Source: Owenia fusiformis (Eukaryota). Taken from it: a DNA stretch of 64,000 bases. Location: contig CAIIXF020000001.1 in NCBI GenBank assembly GCA_903813345.2, positions 9,486,001 to 9,550,000 of the forward strand. Direction: 5' to 3'. The notes under the pieces are model-generated. The model saw only the letters and a list, made by a program, of their open reading frames with translations. It did not search any database and was not told the origin of the DNA. Position 1 is the stretch's first letter. Each line of letters starts with the position of its first letter. The position numbers and the translations under genes were made by a program. Of the stretch, positions 24,801-38,700 are shown in pieces.

Positions 24801-27800
24801 CAAAAATATCATTGTAAAGCTCAAAACATTTTTTCAAAAAAAATACTTCTGTATCTGATTCACGATAAAACGATTGGACCTCAGACAGAGAATACAGTTC
24901 TCATATTAGAATATCCTTTTTTCAATTTCAGGGGCCAGATGATATCCCAGGAGGATTACAACTTCATCACACAATTTGACAACTCTACACCTGAGAGTCG
25001 CAAGAAACTTTGCGCTGAACATGGTCCACAGTGTGTTAAAACATTCCTCAATCTAATCTATCACATTTCCAAAGATCAGACTGTACAGTATATCTTAACC
25101 ATGATAGATGATATGCTACAGGTATGTGTTTGCATGAGAATTAATTATCTTACTTTGATGATCATTACTATTTACATTATTAATTATTTTGATAAATATT
25201 TGACTTTTATTTCCTATATGGTTAGAAGTAGAATTTTGCTAATTTTGGTCACATATGTATGTTGAAAATAGAATTAAAGAGCACAAAATAATGATAAATG
25301 TTTTTAATTCATATTTAACTTCATTACAGGCTTATCGATCACTACTAACTTAGATTAATAGGGTTTGTCTATCAAATATTTTTAACCTTATTGAAATATT
25401 TTGTCCAAAATTTTGTATTATCATATGAGTACTAGCTATATGTGTTTCTTTCTAGACCTGTGGTATACATAACTTAAACAACATTTTTAATCTCATACCC
25501 TACTTCATCTATAGGAGGACAAGTCCAGAGTGGAGCTGTTCAAAGAGTATGCCAAGAAGAAGAAAGAGTCCTGCTGGACACCATTCCTTAACATGTTGAA
25601 CAGGTCCGATGGTTTCATTGTGAATCAGGTACAGAAGCATTCTCTGAAAAAATGGTTTGAGATTTACAAGGATATTTTGGAGCAAATAAATATGTTTAAA
25701 CAAAATTTTCAATTATGAATCAAAAGAAAAATTGGTTATCTAATATTTACATTTTATTTTCATCACTTAGACATAAATTATGGATCCGTTCACTAATCCA
25801 GCATTTTAACTTTACCAAAGGGCTATTATCAATGAAGTCTTGATGTACTTAATTTTTTCTTTAGTCATTACTATCATTGCTTCTCTTATAGCACACAAGT
25901 ACAAAGGTAACATTCAGTAATGTTATTTCAGACTAGCCGCATAATTGCCAAAATAGCTTGCTGGGGGAGAGAACCCATGGATGGCTCAGACTTGCATTAC
26001 TATCTAACCTGGCTGAAAGACCAGATGAAACTACCTGTAAGTACATGCATTGTATGCTAATGAAAAAACATACATGTAAATTGACGCTTCTGCTGTTATT
26101 GATCAGGAATGTTAGAGCACTGAACATTGCAGACAGTAAGACTATCATTGCTGTTCAGATTTGAGGCACTGTTAAAAATTGCATATATCTCATATGCTTG
26201 ATATTTGATGAAACATGTTGTTCGTCTGAAGTTATTCCAATCTAGTTGGCAGAATGGAAGTGTTATCTGATTGGTGATATTGGTTAGTGAAAACACGGAA
26301 TGAAATCATGTGTTCTGATATCTGATATCATTATTATTGAATTGATTAAAGCTGTAATGCATTTCTTATAAGCATCTTGCGAAGAGGAGCATTCAGTATT
26401 AGCAAGCTTCTTGTTTGAAATATATATTATTTACAAATATTGATAAATTATTTTTGATAATATCTGTATCCCATTGTATGGTAAAAGAGATGACTACAAA
26501 TCCCAAAGTATTTGTATAAGAACCTCACCTACCTACTATACTCTGCTTCGAAAAAATATTTTGACATATTAGTAAGTGTATATTTCCATATGTATCCCTC
26601 TAAAGCAAACCATGTACGGTAAAAAAAATGTTTTCAGATCTCTAAACTTCATTTTACCAACTAAAATCTTCAAAATATAATATTTTATATGATATAATGC
26701 TATTATTTCTAGGAGTTACAAGACCACAGACATCTTTTTTCTCCCAAGACACCATATCGGGGATCTGGCGGGGTGAATCTATGATTCTTTATATCAGATG
26801 CTTATATGAAAGAAATATGCACAATGTTCACTTGACTTATAGCAATTGAAATTTGGAATATATTCAATTGCTAAAAATCCTTTGTGTTCATTACTATGGG
26901 TCCTAACATGATGCCTCAATTCATTTGCATAAAATCGTATACTAATAATCATTTTTGCTGGCTCATCAGTCCTTTGCTTGTTTATTGGTTAAATGTATAA
27001 TTCACCATTTTGCAACTGTCATGATGATTCAAAGTTCATGATGTCCAGTAATCTCTTAATATTGTATATTGTTTCTTAATATCTCTTTACTAAATGAAAT
27101 GTCTTTGCATCGATGCAAACATTCTTTCCATTTTCTCTCTATTAAATGCACAGTGCAAAATAACCAAGTTCTTTCATGGAAAAGTAAGGTGTTCGTTTAA
27201 TGGAGTATGTGTGTCTATTAGAGGGAATATGGTATCACATAATTGCCAGTGATGCAGATTAACTGCCTGCTTTAACTAACATGCAGATTTGAGGTCTTGC
27301 ATGTATGATAACATGTAGTTTGAAATTGGTTTTGGGAAATGGAAATGGGTCTATGTTAAAAAGTTCAAGCCATTCATTGATTTGAATGTTTAATGATTAT
27401 CAAAATGATCAAAAAAATACCCAGCACTAGTCTAGTGAGCATGATTATCTAGAAAAAGCAATCTTTCTCAAATACTATCACAGTATATTATTGTTTGATA
27501 TTTTCAGAACAACGAATATCTGCAAACAATAGCTCGTTGTCTACAGATGATGTTGAGGATAGATGAGTACAGATTTGCCTTTGTGGAGGTAGATGGCATT
27601 AGCACGTAAGTAATATGACCAGATGAATATACAGAAAGGTATGAAATGGAAGAGACAGTTTATAGAAACAAAGTATGCCTAGTATTGCCTACAACATTGG
27701 AGCTAGAAATTCTCAATGTTCAGTCATGTAAATCTTGATATACTGTAATAAATCAAGTTTATCTCTACCTCACACATTCGGTTATACCTGTTTCATGTCC

Positions 27801-30800
27801 TCGCCACATAGCGTGGGGCCATATTGTTGGCTTGAGGTGCGTCAGTGTGTCTGTCCATCCTTTTTGGATTTTCCATCCTAAAATATTGTGTGTAAAGTCT
27901 TCTATACATGTTTTGAGCCATCAATCTGAAATTCTATGGGTGTTTCTTGTTATTAAAGTCTACAACTTGGATTTTGTCTTAAAAACTTACATAGGATCAC
28001 CCATTGGTGGGAACATGTTGTACATGTATGCACCCTTGTTGCAGCTTTATGTTTATTATTTCAGTTTGATATCAGTGCTGGCAGGAAAAGTTGGCTTCCA
28101 GATCCAGTACCAGTTGACATTCTGTCTGTGGTGTATGACTTTCAACACAACACTTGCTGAGAGAATGAACAAGTCAGTCGATTCTGAGTATGCTGTTTTT
28201 GTTTTGTTAACCCCTTATAACACTGGTGGTGAATACAATTTTGGAATACATAATTTTTGAAGTTATGGATAATGGGTAGTTTCTAGTTTCTCCATGGGCC
28301 TTCAAGAACCTGTTTTTCAAGTTTGTCCCTCCTCTTTCTCGTACTTCTAGAAATTGTTTTCAATGATATACCATGAAAATGTATATTGAAGTATAACTCA
28401 TCAGAAAATGAATATATTTTATTCACCACCTCTTTTCACATTTTGTAATGCTCCTACCACCCTTTACACTAATATGCCCTTTCATTTTGTGTTTGATATA
28501 TTGAGAAAAAATAAATAATTATTTCAAAAACTTTCTAATGTTGTATTGTGCTTACTGTATTTGTTCATTCATTGGCGACCTTTTTATTTTGGCATATTTG
28601 GCAATTTTAAAAAATTGAATCAAATAAATACAAATTGAAATAAATACAAATACGGTATGTTAGATTCCTATAACATTAAGGACATTTGGCAATTGTCTTT
28701 ATTTTATCATATATCGGTAACAGATATTTATTTTGGATTTCCTTGAATATCTTGAATAAAGTTTATTTTAAGTATGCAGATTCAAAATGTTTTTTTTTTC
28801 ATTTAACATCAAGAAAACCCCCAATTTTTTTATTTCGACACGGATGTATCCAATATGGGAAACACTTCTGCCACACCAATTTATTAACAAATACAGTTAT
28901 TGTTTGATGCTTTGTATTGTGTGCAGATTTACCTTGTCATGGCTTGCTTTGGTTGTATTTAGCATCAACTCTTTGAAATGTATGTATGTACTCTAAGCAA
29001 TTATGTATCTATTTGGGTAAGATTTATTTTCTTGTTTGCTGTGGAGGTGGATTTCATTTTTGATATATTTTAATGCTTTAATATTTTATTTTAAATTGTC
29101 CTATACTACTTCCTCTTATTAATCTATTCATGCTTTGGCCTGGGGAAATCTTGAAATAAAGTGCATCTGGTATATTGAATCCTCGTAAGAAATAATATTA
29201 ATCAATAATTACCTAATTAGTAATGATAATGTGTCCGTGTGTTGTTCTTTATTGTGCACATATTACTAATGTTGTAGGTAACCTTTTCTGGGTTTTCTGC
29301 GCATGTTTAAAATGTCTGTACAATGTTTGATGCTATTTAGATATATTATAATAATGCTAATTATCTTAACATTTTTGAAAATCTAAATAAATCAGTGAAA
29401 CCATGCAATATTCATCATGTATTGTAATTTGTAAATAGAGAAGGCATATGAATTTTATATTTGAAATATGAATAACTAAGTATATTTTTTGTGATTGTAG
29501 AATCATTCCACTAAACATCAATTGATTGAATCAAATCAAGTGGCTTCTGAATATCTCACTATGCAGCTGCTAGACTTCAAATTAACATTTAGAATATTGA
29601 ATATGGACTCCTTCAGACACATTTTCATTAACTACAGTTTACGTATCGTAGATCATGTGTTGAAAAAATGGATAAATATAATAGTAAATTCAATGGTAAA
29701 ATAGAAAATACAGTAACACAGGCATCCACAAATGGTAGAGTTGTGATTCTAATCTTATGGAAAACTAAATACTCCCCATTCCTCCCACCTGCACTATAGG
29801 TTATTTCTTTTTCCAACATGGCTATGTCGCATAAACTCACTGTCATTTGCCGTGTCTATTTTAGGTACAATGTTATTCCAATCTTATCAGATATACTCAG
29901 TGAGTCAGTAAAGGAGAAAGTGACACGTATCATCCTAGCTACATTCAGGGTAAGTATAGATTTACATACACATAAGTGTATTTAGTCTAGTGTAATGTGC
30001 CAGAAAGAAAGCCCATTACTTCTATGCATGGTAGATAAATTGAGTAATATATATCAGGTAATTCAAGGGTCCTGAGCAAAGTTTGAAAATATTGTTTAAC
30101 CAGCTAAATATGATTTGTTTTGACTTAAATACTTTTCCTGAGGTCTTTGAGGCTTTTCCTGTGACCCTGCACTAAACAACTTATTTGGGATCAATAGACT
30201 TTTCTCTGGTATGAAATTCAGACATAACTCATACTACTGTCCATATAAGAATGACAAAATATTTAATCCAGAAAGTGTACAGTTAAACCTGTGTAAGTGG
30301 AACACCCTTGGTTCCACTAAAAATTGTTCCACTTAGGTATTCCACCAGAGGTTTAATTAATATGGAATCAATGGCCACTAGACCGAAATGTGTTCCACTT
30401 ACAAAGGTTCCACTTAAAGGGCTAATCCATATAACAATGTTACTGTATGTACCTGTATGTTTCAGAATATGTTAGAGAAACCATCAGAGCGTGAAATCAG
30501 GCAGGACCATGCTCTATCTATGGTACAGTGTAAGGTATTGAAGCAACTGCAGCTGCTAGATGGACGTAGGTTTGATGATGATGATATCACAGATGATATA
30601 GAGTTCCTCACTGAACAACTACAGGCCAGTGTGCAAGATTTAAGGTAGGTCGATTGTCAGAGATGAAATTCAAAATGAAAGTCTTTTGGAGATTTTTTGG
30701 TAATTTCAATTAATATATATGAAACACTGCTACTTCATTTCTAGACTAGCGAGCACATATAATTTAATATAATATAATGCACATATATACAAGACTGTGG

Positions 30801-32794
30801 GATATACTTTTTCAGTTCCTTTGATGAGTATTCCACTGAAGTGAAGTCGGGACGTCTTGAGTGGAGTCCAGTGCACAAATCAGAAAAATTCTGGCGAGAA
30901 AATTGTGGCCGTCTAAATGAGAAAAACTATGAACTGCTAAAGTAAGTTTGAGAAATTCATGCTTTTTATTCTTGAACCACATTTATTAAAATTTGATCTA
31001 GATTCTATCTAAACCAAATGAATGTCTAAGGTTGAAAGATTCATGTATGAATCCCAAATCATTTTAAGGAATCAGAATTACTTTTGAAATAAACTTGATG
31101 ATGTACTTTAGTACATCAATCTGTTAATACATGTAATGCATATATGCTCTCATATTTTTCTAGGATCCTTGTGAAGCTATTGGAGACCAGCAAGGACCCT
31201 TTAATACTCTCTGTTGCTGCACATGATGTTGGCGAATATGTCAGACACTACCCAAGGGGCAAAAAGTAGGCATAGTTTGAAATACTCTTTGTTCCATATG
31301 GATTTGAGAAGTCATTTGCTAATGGTTATTAGTTATTTAGAAATGAATTTCATGAATCATGAATATGCAACTTCCCAGCTTAAAAATTAGTCCAATCAGA
31401 AAGAGAGTTTTTGTGTGCCTTATGATTTCAAAAGAGGTAACTCTGCACATTCCAAGAATTGTTATTACACCCTTGTGCAATATATTGATAACATATTATG
31501 CATATCAATCATTGTTTAGGATTGCACCTTTTTGTCTTTATCTAAGTAGCTCATAAGACTTGTATTTGTTGAGAAGCAAACTCATATGTCTCTCCTGTTT
31601 CAAAATGTTTGTATGATATTCATCACCTGTTATATTCCAGTGTGATAGAACAGCTTGGTGGTAAACAGCTTGTGATGACACATCTCTCCCATGAAGACCC
31701 CAATGTAAGATATGAGGCCCTACTAGCTGTACAGAAACTTATGGTGCATAACTGGTAAGTACACAGCTATGTTGTGGAATTCATAAATAAATGCCACTGT
31801 TGAAAGGTTATATTTGCTAAAATATGTGAAACAAATTGCATAACATTAATCCTATTCTATTAGCTATACTCAATTAAATATAAAAGGGATCTGTTTCTGC
31901 AGGGATCTGTTTCTGGGCCTCTAGGAAGACCAGTTTTTGTACTGATAGAGCTACCCAGAATAAATATAGTTTTCAAATCAAATCAAATCAAGGAGTTGGC
32001 TTTCATGTTATTCCCCTGTTGCATATACTTGCCTTCTGTTTTGTCTTTTTTCTACTTTTTTAAAGCAAAATACATGAATGTTTAGGCAACATCAATAATG
32101 AATTTCATATCCAAAGGGGAACTTTTTCTTGTGTTCAGTGGATGCTCAGTTAATTCCAATATTCAGGTAGAAATGATTCTTTTTTATGTCAGCACCATCA
32201 TTGGTGACTACCCTTTGCATTCGTTTTACATCACTTTTTAAAAGAGAGCTTCGTTTTCACTCTTTCAAACTAAAATAAATCTGTGAACTCACTGCGCCAA
32301 TCAGTGTTCGTCGGCCAAATTTGACCGACGTTCTATATATGGTCATTCCTTCTGACGTCATCGTTGAGCCCGGAATTGACCAATGACATGCGCATATTTA
32401 ATTAGAACGCATTTGGCGTATGTTTCTTCAAGCAGTAGTAGCACGTAGGTCAAAAGTGATTTATTACCCAAACTGTCACCGGTACCCGTCGTGGGGGCGG
32501 GGCTACTAAACTGTAATATGGTCTCTACTAGGCAGAGTATAGTTTAACTAGACTCTGCAAGCAGGGTAATTGGTGACATAGTGCAATAGTCACCAACTTT
32601 TTTTGTGGTGGTGTTTGGTTGTCGGTGTTTGGAGGTTGGTGTTTGTAACAAATGGCAAGTGGTGACATTTGCCTGTAAATGCCTTGTCCTGTTTTAGTAT
32701 AATGCCATCTTTACATTGCAGGGAATACCTTGGAAAACAGCTTGAGACCAAGAAAGAGAACAATGGGGGAAATGTAGCAGCTACAAAGGCTTAA
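21837..32794 (+). CDS. ATP6V1H: V-type proton ATPase V1 subunit H (~477 aa without candidate cassette exons)
   Basis: 13 coding exons: 21837-21894, 23875-23956, 24932-25121, 25515-25628, 25932-26036, 27508-27605, 28065-28172, 29865-29949, 30466-30644, 30816-30941, 31164-31265, 31641-31754, 32722-32794 (1434 nt). Hallmarks [92 protein letters not shown]. Non-coding exon 1 ends at 20296; exon 2 begins at 21770. Confidence 0.96.
22104..23128. mobile_element. Foldback-type non-autonomous DNA transposon (MULE-like?) with internal 39-bp tandem repeats
   Basis: 8-bp direct repeat CACGCAAG at 22096-22103 and 23129-23136; >150-bp TIRs containing AAGTAGCGCAAGGATCCTGCCATGACCGTGG; 39-bp unit CATTGTCACGGTCATACCAGGCCTTGCAATACTATATTA. 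Confidence 0.8.
23158..23443. mobile_element. Short MITE
   Basis: Ends CATGGGCATAGCGC / GCCCTACACCCATG, GATAC direct repeat on both sides, internal GGAGCATACCCCCAGACCCCC. Confidence 0.55.
23629..23700 (+). pseudogene. tRNA-Lys-derived pseudogene or SINE head (apparent anticodon TTG)
   Basis: GCCTTTTTAGCTCAGTCGGAAGAGCATCAGACTTTGGATCTAAGGGTCCTAGGTTCGATTCCCACACAGGCA resembles the tRNA-Lys(TTT) body. A and B boxes are recognisable but acceptor and T stems are mispaired. Confidence 0.7.
24060..24680 (-). mobile_element. Crypton-like (tyrosine recombinase transposon) non-autonomous remnant
   Basis: Minus-strand peptide [42 protein letters not shown] resembles the N-terminus of Crypton/DUF3504-associated proteins. 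GCCCGAAGGGC hairpin at 24115-24173; inverted TATATCACTGTCAT / ATGACAGTGATATA. Confidence 0.6.
27795..28020 (+). repeat. HINE/Helentron-like short repeat
   Basis: ATGTCC..short hairpin..CATATTG start, GTCC/GTCT microsatellite-like run, GGGAACATG end motif. Confidence 0.4.
30280..30445. mobile_element. Small pogo-like MITE
   Basis: TA-CAGTTAAACCTG...GTTACTG-TA with repeated GTTCCACTT. Confidence 0.55.
32570..32690 (+). repeat. Short dispersed repeat (HINE-like), copy 2; copy 3 at 34186-34290
   Basis: Similar to 2325-2430 (reverse) and 34186-34290. Confidence 0.5.
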
Positions 32795-33032
32795 CATTCC
32801 AGATACTACTAGACACTAGGAAATTCACTTTAGATAATATAGAATAAAAATGAACTTTGTCAATCAGAATATTTGTAGAAATGTAGGATTGTATTGATGT
32901 TAAGTCCTACTTGTCACTTCAAATTTCCTAATTCTGTGGTCGGCCTAGTTTATATGGCACAATCAGATAGCAAAATATATGTATTTATTAGTGGAACTCT
33001 GAAGGTATCAGTATGTCACGTTAACTATAGTA

Positions 33033-33134
33033 CAGTAAAACTGTCTGTTCAAAGTTAGTAATAGTATAACATTTCTAAATTCTGTATGTCAGAAACAAAT
33101 GTTCCAGAAATATTTCAGCGAGACAGTTTTACTG
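33033..33134. mobile_element. Small pogo-like MITE in the probable V-ATPase H 3'UTR
   Basis: TA-CAGTAAAACTGTCT...AGACAGTTTTACTG-TA. Confidence 0.75.
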
Positions 33135-33487
33135 TATGTGTTACTTAACTTCACACATCGCTGAATTAAAAATTCAATATAACTTAACTCATCTATGCAT
33201 GTACATCAATTGCAAATAGAATCATACCCATTGGTCCTCTTGAATACAATAATTGTCCTTTGTACATTGTTATGATAAGTTAGAAGTACTGTATGAAGTT
33301 GTATACCACATCAATCATTTGAATCAATCAAGATACATGTATATGATATAAGCCTCTGGTTTAAAGTAAGACTGGCTTATTTAACTCATACTATGAAACA
33401 TGAAAGCATTATGGATGCAATGTTATGAGAAATGTGCAATATTATTGTCTCAAGACAAACTGTGTATTTTGTTGAAGTATTATAAGT

Positions 33488-33624
33488 TATTGATTGATTT
33501 GAAGTGCAATGCAGGATATATTCTACTCGAGAAATTCCATATTGGAACGAGACGAAGTCGAGTGACAATACAGAATATCGAGAGCAGAATATATCCTGTA
33601 TTGCACTTCAAATCATTCAATAAC
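33488..33624. repeat. Long hairpin centred on GACGAAGTC (Crypton-like terminal hairpin)
   Basis: TTGAAGTGCAATGCAGGATATATTCT pairs with AGAATATATCCTGTATTGCACTTCAA. Confidence 0.6.
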
Positions 33625-34743
33625 ATTTTTATCGTGTGATCCTCTGAATTGCTACTGAGATTGTCCCCTCCATACCAATATTTTCTGTATTGTGACAGAG
33701 ATGATCAATGGGCACAATCTCAGTAGCAATACAGATTGGTACAGCACAAGAACTGGCCAATCAGAAGGCTTCATTTTACAGATCATACGGTAATACTAGA
33801 TATTTGTTATATACTATTTCTAGTAGCAAGATATGATGGTGAAAGATTGTCTAAATTTTGATAAAACCAAAGTAGCTGGGTTTTAGCTCAAGATTCTATG
33901 GAACCATGCAAGAATTGAATAAACCCCATCTTTGTTCCAAAACCTGCCTTGGAACAAAGATACCCCCATATGAACAATTCATTTGGAAGTAAAAGCTTAC
34001 ATTGATTCACAACTCATGCTGAATATAGAAATAATTTTATTTAAATATAATGGTATAAAGCACGAACTATTCCCAGAATCACAAATGATTATTGTAATAA
34101 TGATGTAAATATTGAAATATGAAATAAATGTTACTAAAAGATGAAACATTTGCTTTTACTTTTTCATATTAGTTTGGGAGTTTTATTATGTCACAAGTGG
34201 TGACATATTGTTGTAGTCTCCGACTTTTTGGCGGTCAGCATACATCTTTTACAAATGTCAGGTGGTGATATTTTGCATATTAATGCCTTTTATCCCACGA
34301 TTAATGTGTTATCTGTACAATAACAGCTATTGATATTTCTGATATTATTGAAATCCGTGTGATATATTCCAGAAAATCGTTTATCAAACTCATATGCGTG
34401 TGATATCGTTTATCTCACGCATATCCGTGTGATATCACATTTGCATTTCGCGCCACAATATTGTTGGAAATTAGGTCAAATAATTTATTCTCTTTTGAGA
34501 AAATAGGTCCGTCTGCCAATGTTCTGGAAATTGGATCAGAACATCATGGGATAAACCCAATATAAGCTGACATAAAACTGACAAAAACAATGTTTACATG
34601 TTCATTTTATTTACTTTTAATTGTTAAAATAAAGTGTTTCAAATATTCAATTGATATTCTAAGTTCTAGTTTATATTGTCTGCCAATGTTCTGGAAATTG
34701 GATCAGAACATCACAAGGTGATTGTAATCATGGGATAAACCCA

Positions 34744-34882
34744 ATATCACATAATTTCTCGTGATATCATTTTATCGCCTCGTAGATATCAACTATCAAC
34801 ACTCATTCGCTTCGCTCACTCGTGTTGATATTTGATATCAACTCGGCGATAAAAATGATATCACTCAAAATGATGTGATATT
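34744..34882. repeat. Long hairpin centred on CGCTTCGC
   Basis: GTGATATCATTTTATCGCC...GGCGATAAAAATGATATCAC. Confidence 0.6.
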
Positions 34883-35793
34883 CTGTATTTATTCAATAGA
34901 TGTAGTGATTTAACTACATGATGATTATTTACTTTAACTTGATTATTTAAAAGTACTCGTATGTCGATTCTTAATGCCGGTTCTGTATCTTAAACTTTCT
35001 ATTCCCATGATCTTGAATTTAATTGTAATACAGGCGGTGTATTGTCATATTTGATCAATCAAAATGCAAGTAAACTATAATATGCGGCACAACGGGGAAA
35101 TTGGAGATGCAAAACCTTGGAAGGTTAGACATGTTAGTTGCCAAGTAATGTTGGGAGGACATGGTTTGATATTTATCATCCGAGTTTACTTTTAATTTCT
35201 TATTCATTATTTAAGAATTGTTTCAAGATTGCGAGGAGTGCGAAGTTTCCAATACAATTCTCATCCACACATTGCCTATTTTGTAGACGTTTTCACTAAG
35301 ATCAAATACAGATCGCTCGAAGACATTGCAACACGTACAACTCTAACGTCTACGATGCTAGTGCTACTGCTATGATGAGCCCGTATAGAGTGACCCCTAG
35401 GATGAAGATACCAAAACCCACAGCGGCGATGGGGCTTTGCCACAACGTTATGATTATGAGGCTTACGATCAAGAGTAGGTTCGCCACAATTATAACAATA
35501 TTCAACTGGAACAAAACAGTGGACTACTTGATGAATTATAATTCGAGGTAAACTTTTGGATTTGTGCCCCATTTAAAAAGATGGCCAGGGCATATCTATT
35601 TTTAATTTCAAACTAATACACTCGCGACCTCTACATGGGTAAAGTCATATAGAAGAAATATAAGGCGGTTTTGGCAAAATCTGTGAAATATCATCTCAAA
35701 TTCTCAACACTATCTTACCTTGATACTTGGATAACTTCAATTCATATTAGTGATGGATATGGGAGTTTTTTTCATTTTGAAGTTGATTACGTA

Positions 35794-38700
35794 TGATGCT
35801 GTCCCCAGCTCCGATTTCGGTGATCGGCTAGTAAAAAAGGTTTGAGGGTATCATTTTGTTCCAGACACTCTCTAGAGTAAATTAACCTAACTTGAATAAA
35901 AATGTGTGGTAAGTAAATTCGCTATGGGCAGTTAAAGAGGCGCCATCTATTCATTTTCAAACAGGGGGTAGGGGTATAAAATAATTTTTAACACATTTAA
36001 ATAGTAAAATGACATTGAAATACTAATAAAATCTTATCAAAAACATTATTTACAATCAGTATAAATTTTCTTGTGTGAATTAGGCTGAAAATCAGAGCAT
36101 ATTTTGAAATTCACTACAGGGGCGCCACCTATTTTCATACTTCTACCACGTGTAATAACTTATTTTAGATTCGTTAAGGTACGAAATGTACTGAAAAAAA
36201 TTCATTCTGAAGGACCTATATATGTTCATACCACATACTTAAAATTGGATCAATAGCTTTTGTACAGGCGGAGAAAAAAATTCTTGAAATTTAAAATTGT
36301 GGCATCATGCAGGATAGGGGTGACCATATCTCACATGATTAACTTCCAAAATATGGAGCATATGTATCTCAAATGTACTCAAAATGGTGTATGTACTCTT
36401 GCTTTGTCATAATATTACTAATAAGAAGTAGAAAAATGATTGTACATTTTAAAAAATATTAATTCTCATTTTGGCTTCTGACGTCCCAGGGGTGACCATA
36501 TCTCACCTTAATAACTTCCAAAATATGGAGCATATGTATCTCAAATGTACTCAAAATGGTGTATGTACTCTTGCTTTGTCATAATATTACTAATAAGAAG
36601 TAGAAAAATGATTGTACATTTTAAAAAATATTGATTCTCATTTTGGCTTCTGACGTCCCAGGGGTGACCATATCTCACCTTAATAACTTCCAAAATATGG
36701 AGCATATGTATCTCAAATGTACTCAAAATGGTGAATGTACTCTTGCTCTGTCATAATATTACTAATAAGAAGTAAAAAAAAATAATTGTACCTTTAAAAT
36801 AATATTGATTCTCATTTTGGCTTCTGACGCCCCAGGGGTGACCATATCTCACCTTAATAACTTCCAAAATATGGAGCATATGTATCTCAAATGTACTCAA
36901 AAAGGTGTATGTACTCTTGCTTTTTCATAATATTACTAATAAGAAGTAGAAAAATGATTATACATTTCAAAAATTTTAATTTTAGCTTCTTACGTTCCTG
37001 GGTAATCATATCGCACCATATCATAATAATAATAACTTCTAAGATATGTAACATATAATCCTCAAATATTCTCAGAAAAGTCCTGTCTTTTTCATATTAC
37101 TAATGAAATGTAGAAAATGATTGCATTTTTTTTATAAATTTTAATTTTAACCTCTGGTGTCCCAGGGGCTATCTCACCTTGATAACTCTCACGATATGCA
37201 ACATGCATCTCAAATGTGTGCTCAAAATGGTATAAGTATAGTCTTGTTTTGTCATATTTATTGAGAATCATAAAATCAACAGTTCAGAATCAATGGATTT
37301 TGACTGTGTCCTCTACAGCTACATATAATTCAGGGCAAATAATATCTGCTTTCAAATATTTGCATCTGCTCCCCAAACACCCTTTACAAGTACAATGGAT
37401 GAGATTATTCCCTTGCATACCTTTGACCCAACATCTTTTGTAATCCATACAGGAATCCTTTAGCCTGTCAATAGTGGGAGTACTTTACTCCATTCATGAA
37501 GTAATGGCAACTGCTAATGTAAGGTGTTAACATGTTATCCTGTGCCCTGTAATATATGCACCTTGGATTATACACTGAATTAAGGGATTTTGAGTATGTA
37601 AAATACGGGAAAAGGAGCTCTTTGTAATGATAAATCTTTCTAGCCACATTAACATTCTCTAGTTTGCATGTTTGTCATACAACATACATTGATTGTAATG
37701 AAATATTAATCTATGATTGTGATGTTCCACACTTCTAGGTTCCTAAAGAAGAGATTAGCTTTTGGAACAATTGCATTATTCTTGGCATGGTAGGCCATAC
37801 AGTGAATACAATTGTTGAGATTGGGCAATAACAATATAGCACAACATGACAAACCATGCAAACTAGAGAATGTCAATCAGGATTAGAAGCGACTTATCGC
37901 CCTTGTAATTTAGCAGTGGGACAGTTTGGTGTATGTTTGGGCATAAATGCGCCTTTTAGGCCTAATTTTTCAGGATATTTTCAAAATTTCGGGTCAGATT
38001 TGGGGTTAAGGGGCCAATTTGGGTAAATGAGGCTAGGCTACTCACACTACTGATAGGCTACCAGTATACAAAAGATGTTGCATCCAAGGCATGCAAAAAA
38101 CTTATCGTCCATTGTTCCTGTAATATAAGGAGTGTTTGGGGAGAAGATGCAAATATTTGAAAGTAGATCTTAATGTCTCTGGACTATATGTAGCTGAAGC
38201 CTGCAGGGGAGACAGTCCAATCCATTAATTCTGAACTTCTGATTTCATGAATCTCAATAAATATGACAAAACAAGACTATATTTATACCATTTTGGGCAC
38301 GCATTTGAGATTCATATGTTGCATATCGTGAGAGTTATATCAAGGTGAGATATAGTTGCCCCTGGGATATCAGATTCGGAAGCTAAAATGAAAATTTCAA
38401 TTCAAAAAAGGTGCAATAATTTTTTCTACATCTCATGAATAATATTATGACAAAGCAAGACCATATGCCCCATTTTTGGTATATTTGAGTTGTATATGTT
38501 ACATAATTTTAGAAGTTATTGAGGGACTTCAGAAGCTAAAATTAAAATTTTTTAAATGTATAATCTTCTTATCAGTATAATATTATGACAAAGCAAGAGT
38601 ACATACACCATTTTGGGTACATTTGAGATACATATGCTCCATATTTTGGAAGTTATTAAGGTGAGATATGGTCACCCCTGGGATGTCAGAAACCAAAATG

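Noticed and set aside
28927-28981. Possible extra V-ATPase H exon (GTGCAG|ATTTACC...|GTATGT)
   Set aside because: Length is not a multiple of three, there is no similarity to subunit H, and the flanking exons already join in frame.
35276-35572. 98-aa Cys/His-containing ORF
   Set aside because: No recognisable domain or splice partners.
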